Position numbers and translations under genes: made by a program. A DNA stretch of 23,482 bases from Campylobacterota bacterium (GTDB taxonomy: Bacteria; Campylobacterota; Campylobacteria; Campylobacterales; Sulfurovaceae): the NCBI GenBank assembly GCA_034722955.1, contig JAYEOM010000017.1:1-23482 (forward strand), written 5' to 3'. Below, in pieces: positions 17,225-23,482 of this stretch (its first letter is position 1; each line of letters starts with the position of its first letter). The notes beneath the pieces are model-generated. The model was not told the DNA's origin, ran no database searches, and saw nothing but the letters and a program-made list of their open reading frames with translations.

Positions 17225-19309
17225 TTATAGATATCTTCCTACAATAGCCTTAATCTCATTGAACTGTATCGGTTTTGTCATTACATCATCTGCTCCTGAG
17301 CTTAAAAATTCATCTTTTGTTCTCTTCTGGGTATCACCGGTAAGTCCTATGATAACAGTGGCATCTTCTCCCCTCTTCTTCTCCATCTTTCGGATCATAT
17401 CAATAGTCTCTTCTCCTTGCACTCCAGGCATGTTTTTATCCATTATGATCATATCAAATTTTTCATTTTTACACTTCTCGACACTCTCTTCACCACTCTT
17501 TGCCATTACTGTTTTGATATTAAGTATTTTAAATACCTCTTGCATAAATTTCAGATTGACAGTACTATCATCTACTACAAGAATAGACTTGTCTTTCAAC
17601 TCTTCCGGATTGGAACTCTCTATCTCTTGAGTCGTTTTTGGGGTGATGAACTCTAAGATCGTATTATATAGATTGTGGGGCAGTATAGGTGCGTTGATGG
17701 TACTTATGTTTCCTACATGCCAGCTATGCTCCTCTTCAATACATCCATCCTCTATGACAATAACTGATTTATCAGTATCGAGTATCTCCTGTATATACTC
17801 TTCATGCGATATAGTATCCTCTTTGAGTATCACTAAAATATCAAAATCCCTGTTTGCTAGACTATCGATAGATTCATCACTTTTTGTCTCTTCGATAATT
17901 AGGTTGAAATTTCTCAAATACCGTTTGGTTATATCTATAGTATTATGTTTACCTGCTGGACTGTATATCATAACAGATAGTGCTTTTATCTTCTCTCTAT
18001 CTATGGAAGGAGGTGTATCCTTTGGTGTATTGCATGGGATAGTAAAGTAAAATCTGCTTCCTCTCCCCTCTTGGCTCTCAAGCTCCATTTTCCCACCCAA
18101 AAGTACAGAGAGTTGCTGTGAAATACTTAACCCTAAGCCGGTACCTCCATACTCTCTAGATGTTGAATTTTTCTCTTGAGTATAGGGTGAAAAGATATTC
18201 TCTTGCATATCCTTCGCAATACCGATACCACTATCTTTGATGCTTATGGTCAAACCGTCTCTCTGTTTGTCATAAAGCAGATCTATCTCTATCGTACCTT
18301 TTTGAGGTGTGAATTTGATAGCATTGTTCAGTAGGTTATTCATTATCTGCTTTATCCTGTGGTAGTCAGAGCAGATGATCTTTGGCAGTCTTGGATCATA
18401 AAAAGCAATCAGATCGATATCCTTTTTTCTAGCACTATTATAGAAGAGTTTTGCTGCATCGCTCAACTCTTCAAGAATAGAAAATTCTACCTTTTCTACA
18501 CTCATCTTTCCACTAGACATTTTTGATATATCCAGAGCATCATTGATGAGTGCAACCATCGTTTCACCACTCTTAAGAGCTGTCTCTATATACTCCTTTT
18601 TCTTTGGATCGACCTCATTGACCTGCAGGAGTTCTAAAAAGCCAAGAACACCATTCATCGGTGTGCGTATCTCATGGATAATGCCAGAGAAGTACTCCTG
18701 CTCTCTTCTAATCTTGGCACTTAAGTTATCATATGCTTCCATACAGTCTGAAGATCCAATATCTCTCTCTGCCTCTTTAGGAGAGAACTTTTTCTGATGA
18801 AGAAATCTTTTGATGAATATGGTAAATCTAGCCATATAGTCAATATCTCTCTGTGTGTATTGGTTCCAGCTTCCTCTTGGGATAGCTGCCCATAGTATAG
18901 ATAGTACTCTTTTTTGTGGAGTATCATCCAAGATAGGTACAACCAAAATATCTTTGATATCATGTCCCAAAAGATTATCATACCTGTTTTGATACAAAAA
19001 GCTTTGATCTGTATCATTGACTATAAGTGGTTGTTTAGTATGATAGCACTCTGATATGACACCCTCTTTATCTCTATTCATAGGTATCTTCCTGTTGAGA
19101 GTAGCTATCTCAAACTCATAACTCTCCTCTATAGGATAGAGAAGATAAGCCTCTTTTGATGGAGTGATATCCTTTGTCTTCTCTTCGCATCCTAAAACAA
19201 TCTTATCGATATCAGTGGCCTCTTCAAACTCTTTTTCACAGTGTGCGATCAGCTTTTTAAACTCCTCTTCTATCAACTCCCTTTTTATATCATTTTTCCT
19301 GATCACCAT
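17225..19309 (-). CDS. Cytoplasmic hybrid histidine kinase: GAF-HisKA-HATPase-pseudoREC-REC
   Basis: GAF (GVISEC...PLIVND...ILVVPI); HEIRTPMNG; NLLNNAIKFT; DSGIG; YGGTGLGL; terminal REC VVDD/MDKNMP/TKP; no TM. ATG 19309 has SD GAAGGAG (the track start at 19336 is a GTG). Confidence 0.92.
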   Translation of the reverse strand: MVIRKNDIKRELIEEEFKKLIAHCEKEFEEATDIDKIVLGCEEKTKDITPSKEAYLLYPIEESYEFEIATLNRKIPMNRDKEGVISECYHTKQPLIVNDTDQSFLYQNRYDNLLGHDIKDILVVPILDDTPQKRVLSILWAAIPRGSWNQYTQRDIDYMARFTIFIKRFLHQKKFSPKEAERDIGSSDCMEAYDNLSAKIRREQEYFSGIIHEIRTPMNGVLGFLELLQVNEVDPKKKEYIETALKSGETMVALINDALDISKMSSGKMSVEKVEFSILEELSDAAKLFYNSARKKDIDLIAFYDPRLPKIICSDYHRIKQIMNNLLNNAIKFTPQKGTIEIDLLYDKQRDGLTISIKDSGIGIAKDMQENIFSPYTQEKNSTSREYGGTGLGLSISQQLSVLLGGKMELESQEGRGSRFYFTIPCNTPKDTPPSIDREKIKALSVMIYSPAGKHNTIDITKRYLRNFNLIIEETKSDESIDSLANRDFDILVILKEDTISHEEYIQEILDTDKSVIVIEDGCIEEEHSWHVGNISTINAPILPHNLYNTILEFITPKTTQEIESSNPEELKDKSILVVDDSTVNLKFMQEVFKILNIKTVMAKSGEESVEKCKNEKFDMIIMDKNMPGVQGEETIDMIRKMEKKRGEDATVIIGLTGDTQKRTKDEFLSSGADDVMTKPIQFNEIKAIVGRYL

Positions 19310-19391
19310 AACTCCTTCTATTCTAGTACCGCTCACACTAAGTAACTATTCTATATATTTTAAAATGATATAATATCCTATCTTATTATTG

Positions 19392-19409
19392 TATAGGATT
19401 AGTCTTACA
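19392..19409. promoter_or_regulatory. Palindromic GacA-box-like site 2 (TATAGG-N6-CTTACA)
   Basis: Lies in the divergent kinase/Hpt intergenic region, 21 nt upstream of TATACT (19431-19436). Confidence 0.6.
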
Positions 19410-19464
19410 ACTTTTTTTGAAAAAAAATACTATACTACACTATTATCAAAAATAAGGTTAGAAA

Positions 19465-19785
19465 ATGGAGAAATTAATTACTGAATCAGAAGTGATCGCG
19501 TTTGATTATCTCAAAGCATTTGGCTTTAGTGATGAACAGGTAGCATCTCTGATTGCTCAAGGTAAAAAAGATTTGGAGAAAGAGTTGTCAAAACTTAAGA
19601 TACTGATAGATAGCGACGATCTCTCGTATGATGATATCAATGATGTTTTACATGCACTCAAAGGATTGTTGTTTCAACTAGGAAATCATAATTTAGCAGA
19701 ACAACTCAATGAGATACGATCTGATCTACAGAGTAAAAATGCTCTAGAAGAGATAAGGTCTCTACTCTCTCTTTCTGAATATTGA
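19465..19785 (+). CDS. Stand-alone Hpt phosphotransfer protein
   Basis: 106 aa, all-helical; LHALKGLLFQLG Hpt motif. Confidence 0.85.
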   Translation: MEKLITESEVIAFDYLKAFGFSDEQVASLIAQGKKDLEKELSKLKILIDSDDLSYDDINDVLHALKGLLFQLGNHNLAEQLNEIRSDLQSKNALEEIRSLLSLSEY

Positions 19786-19836
19786 GTAACAGAGGCATAG
19801 TATGATATAGAGGATGGTACCAAGGAAGGATAAAAG

Positions 19837-21459
19837 ATGGAAAATACTCAACTAGAAGATTTTGTAAAAACGAGTAGAGAGCTAACTATTCTATATGTTG
19901 AAGATAATGATATTGTTCGTGAAAGTACTATTGATATGCTAGATGCTCTCTTTGCAACGGTAGATTCTGCCAGAGATGGTGCAGAGGGTTTAGCAAAATA
20001 TGAGCACTATTATAGCGAGAACAACAGATACCATGATATCATTTTGACAGATATCAATATGCCTAAAATGAATGGCATAGAGATGAGCAGATCTATACTA
20101 GCTATCAATGGAGAGCAGATTATTATTGTAATTTCAGCACATAATGAGTCAGACTATCTTTTGACGCTGATCAATATGGGGATTTCAAACTTTATTTTGA
20201 AACCTATCGATGTCATGCAGTTCCAAAAAATAGTTTTTCGTATTGCCGGCTCAATAAATAGCAAAAGAGTGACCGAAGAGCATCACAAAGAGATGCAGAT
20301 CATGAATGTTGACCTAAAAGCAGCAAAAGAGCAAGCTGAAGAGGCTTCTAGGCAAAAGAGTCTATTTTTGGCAAATATGTCACATGAGATCCGTACTCCA
20401 CTCAATGCAATTACCGGTTTCATCTCTCTACTTCATGAGAAGGAGAGTGATCCGGAGAAACTTAAATATCTGCAAGTTGTCAGAAGTTCTTCAGAGTCGC
20501 TTCTGCAAGTGATTAGTGATATATTGGACATAAGCAAAATAGAGAATGGAAAACTAGAGATAGACCCCATAAATTTTCAACCTTATGAAGATTTGATCAC
20601 GGTAGCAGAGCTTTTTCAGGAGAAAGCAACTCAAAAAGGGGTAGTTTTGGAGATACAATATAGTAAAAATATGCCAAAATATCTCTACTCTGATCTCTAT
20701 AGGATCAAGCAAATCTTGTCAAACCTCCTCTCTAATGCAGTCAAATTTACACCAAAGGGATCATCTGTCAAATGCACTATTTGGTATGAAGAGGGGTGTT
20801 TAAATATTATGGTAGAGGATAGAGGTATTGGCATCTCAAAAGAGAATCAGAAATATATTTTTGAATCCTTTTCCCAGGCAGAGGGGTCTACTAGCCGAGA
20901 GTATGGAGGTACAGGGCTTGGTCTGACTATATGTACCAAGCTTACTGACTTGTTGGGCGGCAGGATGACATTGGAGAGTCAAGAGGGGAGAGGAAGTATC
21001 TTTGCCCTTACCGTAAAGATGCCAATTGCCGATCCGATAAAAGAGAAGCCTAAAGAGAGACTTGAAGTTGATAAGGTACTAGAGGGACATATTCTGATAG
21101 TTGAAGATATTGAAGCTAACCGTATGTTCCTTGGTATTGTTCTTGATAATGCCAACTTGACTTATGATGTGGCAATCAATGGTATCGAAGCGATAGAGAA
21201 GTTCAAAACAGAAAAATATGATCTTATACTCATGGATGAGAATATGCCAAAACTAGGTGGTATTGCAACAACAAAAGAGATCTTATCTATGGAGAGAGAG
21301 ATCGGGTTAACTCATACACCCATCATAGCTTTAACTGCCAATGCACTCAAGGGAGACAAGGAGCGTTTTCTTAAAGCAGGTATGGATGACTACCTGAGTA
21401 AACCGATCGATCCAAACTCTCTACTAAGTACATTTCGAAAATATTTAGTCAATCTATAA
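19837..21459 (+). CDS. Hybrid histidine kinase REC-HisKA-HATPase-REC, no sensor domain
   Basis: N-terminal REC (YVED/TDINMP/LKP); ANMSHEIRTPLN; NAVKFT; YGGTGLGL; C-terminal REC (IVED/MDENMP/SKP). Confidence 0.93.
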   Translation: MENTQLEDFVKTSRELTILYVEDNDIVRESTIDMLDALFATVDSARDGAEGLAKYEHYYSENNRYHDIILTDINMPKMNGIEMSRSILAINGEQIIIVISAHNESDYLLTLINMGISNFILKPIDVMQFQKIVFRIAGSINSKRVTEEHHKEMQIMNVDLKAAKEQAEEASRQKSLFLANMSHEIRTPLNAITGFISLLHEKESDPEKLKYLQVVRSSSESLLQVISDILDISKIENGKLEIDPINFQPYEDLITVAELFQEKATQKGVVLEIQYSKNMPKYLYSDLYRIKQILSNLLSNAVKFTPKGSSVKCTIWYEEGCLNIMVEDRGIGISKENQKYIFESFSQAEGSTSREYGGTGLGLTICTKLTDLLGGRMTLESQEGRGSIFALTVKMPIADPIKEKPKERLEVDKVLEGHILIVEDIEANRMFLGIVLDNANLTYDVAINGIEAIEKFKTEKYDLILMDENMPKLGGIATTKEILSMEREIGLTHTPIIALTANALKGDKERFLKAGMDDYLSKPIDPNSLLSTFRKYLVNL

Positions 21460-21471
21460 ATGGTATAGCAG

Positions 21472-23253
21472 GTGATAAAAAGTTTAAAGAGATCAATCTC
21501 CTTTGATTATCATCCAAAACTGATAAAAAATATGGCAGATGCTACAGCAGGAGGAGCTTTTGCTTCAAATATTGTCATCCCATCTATCACGGCTTTTATA
21601 CTCTATGATTGGATACCACATAGAGTCATATCTGTTTGGCTGTTTTTGCAATTTATACTTTTCATTACTCGTATTTTTATCAGTAAAAAATTACTCTATC
21701 TCTTGCAACAACCAGATGCACAAGAGAGGGTAAAGCGATACTTTATAGAGTATATCTCCGCTACCTTGCTCACTGCTTTAATGTACATATTGATCGTATG
21801 GTTGATGTATATCCATGCCCCTCCCGAGATCACTATTATTCTAGTGATGACAGTGATAGTTCTAATGGCTGCAGGATCTATCTCGACTCTCGGTAGTGTT
21901 ATTATTCTTTTCATACTATTTGTATCTTTAACTATTGTACCTATTATCTTATTTGCACTCTTTCATGGAGGAGAGACATTTTTTATATTTGCTCTTATCT
22001 TAAGTGTCTATCTGCTGTTTCATATGCTCTTAGGGTATAGACAGTATATAGTTTTGAGAAACAGTCTCTCCCTAGAGGAGACATTTGAGACAATCTATGA
22101 GAAATCCTCAGATGGTATCGTGCTGGTAAAAGAGAACCGCTTTTTAGATTGCAATGAGGCTGCGGTTAAGATGTTTGGATATGAGATGAAAAATGAGTTT
22201 CTAAAGATGCATATTTCTCAGCATATGCCAAAGTATCAGCCTGATGGTTCGCTCTCTACTGTAAAGATGTTGAAGATGTTGAAGATTTCACAAAAAGAGG
22301 GAACCAATACTTTAGAGTGGCTACACACAAGAAGCAATGGCATCTATTTTTGGACTGAGATCGTACTGACCAAGATCACACTCAATGGCAAAGAGGTGGT
22401 ACATGGTGTTTGGCGAGATATCGATGATAGGAAAAAATTGGAAATCGCCAAAGAGTCAGCAGGCAGAGAGATAGAAGAGCTCAACAAAGTCTTAGAGTCG
22501 AGAGTCAATGAAGAGGTAGAGAAGAACAGAGAGAAGGATCAGCATCTTATGCATCAGTCACGCTTTGCTCAGATGGGAGAGATGATCTCTATGATCGCAC
22601 ACCAATGGAGACAACCACTAGCCGCTATCTCTGCGACGAGTGCAACTATAGAGTTGAAAGCCAGCATGAATAGACTCGATAGTGATACTGCACAACAAAA
22701 AGCCCAAGATATTTCAAATTTTTCTCAACACTTAAGTAAGACAATTGATGATTTTAGAGATTTTTTTAAACCCCGCAAAGAGAAAGTAGAGACATCTTAT
22801 GGTGAACTTATAGAGTCAGCATTGATAATTATCGCTGTCTCTATAAAAAACAAAAATATCAAATTGATCCAAGAGTTAGAGTTTAATGAGAAGTTTTTAA
22901 CTTATCCTAGTGAACTCAAACAGGTTATATTGAACCTGATCAAAAATGCAGAAGATGCTTTGATCGATAATAAGATAGAAGATCCATACATTAAGATAGC
23001 CACTTATAGAGAAAAGGAGAGACATATTTTAGAGATCAGTGACAATGCTAGAGGAGTACCCAAAGAGATCATGGAGAGTATCTTTGATCCATACTTTAGT
23101 ACAAAAACTCAAAAAGATGGCACAGGACTAGGACTCTATATGAGCAAAATGATCATAGAGGAGCACTGCGGAGGAGAGCTAAGTGTGGTCAATGGTGAAG
23201 ATGGAGCTATATTTACGATCACTATAGATTGTTCAAGTTTAGGGCAGCCTTAG
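21472..23253 (+). CDS. Membrane sensor histidine kinase (multi-TM, PAS, HisKA, HATPase)
   Basis: About 6 hydrophobic segments; PAS (DCNEAAVKMFGY...QPDG...WRDI); MIAHQWRQPL; NLIKNAEDA; GTGLGLYMSK. The GTG start is uncertain. Confidence 0.92.
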   Translation: MIKSLKRSISFDYHPKLIKNMADATAGGAFASNIVIPSITAFILYDWIPHRVISVWLFLQFILFITRIFISKKLLYLLQQPDAQERVKRYFIEYISATLLTALMYILIVWLMYIHAPPEITIILVMTVIVLMAAGSISTLGSVIILFILFVSLTIVPIILFALFHGGETFFIFALILSVYLLFHMLLGYRQYIVLRNSLSLEETFETIYEKSSDGIVLVKENRFLDCNEAAVKMFGYEMKNEFLKMHISQHMPKYQPDGSLSTVKMLKMLKISQKEGTNTLEWLHTRSNGIYFWTEIVLTKITLNGKEVVHGVWRDIDDRKKLEIAKESAGREIEELNKVLESRVNEEVEKNREKDQHLMHQSRFAQMGEMISMIAHQWRQPLAAISATSATIELKASMNRLDSDTAQQKAQDISNFSQHLSKTIDDFRDFFKPRKEKVETSYGELIESALIIIAVSIKNKNIKLIQELEFNEKFLTYPSELKQVILNLIKNAEDALIDNKIEDPYIKIATYREKERHILEISDNARGVPKEIMESIFDPYFSTKTQKDGTGLGLYMSKMIIEEHCGGELSVVNGEDGAIFTITIDCSSLGQP

Positions 23254-23289
23254 GAAGTGTATAATTCACCAAAATAAAGGAGTATAGAT

Positions 23290-23482
23290 ATGGATAAGAT
23301 GACAAAAGAGGAACTCGATATATACCGCAAATCACTTCTCAAGCAATACCATGCCAAAAAAGAGGATATTGACTATGCGAACGATGAACTAGAAGAGGAG
23401 TGGATCGAAAAGGAGTTAGAGGAGTATCGTATTGAGATCAAAGCTTGTGTAGCAAAGCTCAAAGAGTTGAGCTCTGAGGATG
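23290..23482 (+). CDS. Hypothetical acidic coiled-coil protein (partial, runs off the window)
   Basis: TATAAT at 23260-23265, SD AAGGAG and ATG 23290. Open frame MDKMTKEELDIYRKSLLKQYHAKKEDIDYANDELEEEWIEKELEEYRIEIKACVAKLKELSSED. Not in the ORF track. Confidence 0.75.
   Translation, partial: MDKMTKEELDIYRKSLLKQYHAKKEDIDYANDELEEEWIEKELEEYRIEIKACVAKLKELSSED

Noticed and set aside
18050..21000. Shared strings between the two hybrid kinases (STSREYGGTGLGL, LESQEGRGS) as a recent duplication
   Set aside because: These are conserved G2-box family motifs, and the synonymous positions differ.
820..21914. Other antisense or nested ORFs in the track (e.g. 10445-10924, 12075-12590, 17211-17630, 17643-18050)
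   Set aside because: They are shadows of well-supported genes and carry no motifs of their own.

Overview
Chromosomal window from an AT-rich bacterium, most likely Campylobacterota (Sulfurovum/Sulfurimonas-like). This is inferred from the AHQWRQPL kinase H-box, Ala(-1) prepilins and TATAAT-only promoters. From left to right it contains: (1) a ~500 bp non-coding region with REP-like inverted repeats; (2) a divergently split type II secretion locus (minus-strand gspK-L-M-N-C-D-E-J, plus-strand gspG-H-I; no gspF or gspO in the window); (3) typA/bipA; (4) a decaying phosphate-uptake locus (internally deleted PiT, a Na/Pi-cotransporter stub, an intact Na/Pi-cotransporter, a small basic ORF); (5) a ~7.8 kb phosphorelay cluster (UvrY/GacA-like NarL regulator, stand-alone receiver, orphan Roadblock/LC7-like protein, GAF hybrid kinase, free Hpt, REC-HK-REC kinase, TM-PAS kinase); (6) a partial hypothetical gene. 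The most notable observation is two 15/18-identical GacA-box-like palindromes, both about -43 from candidate -10 boxes inside the relay cluster, which suggests a self-regulating, split BarA/UvrY-like circuit. All calls are from motif reading only; no database searches were run.
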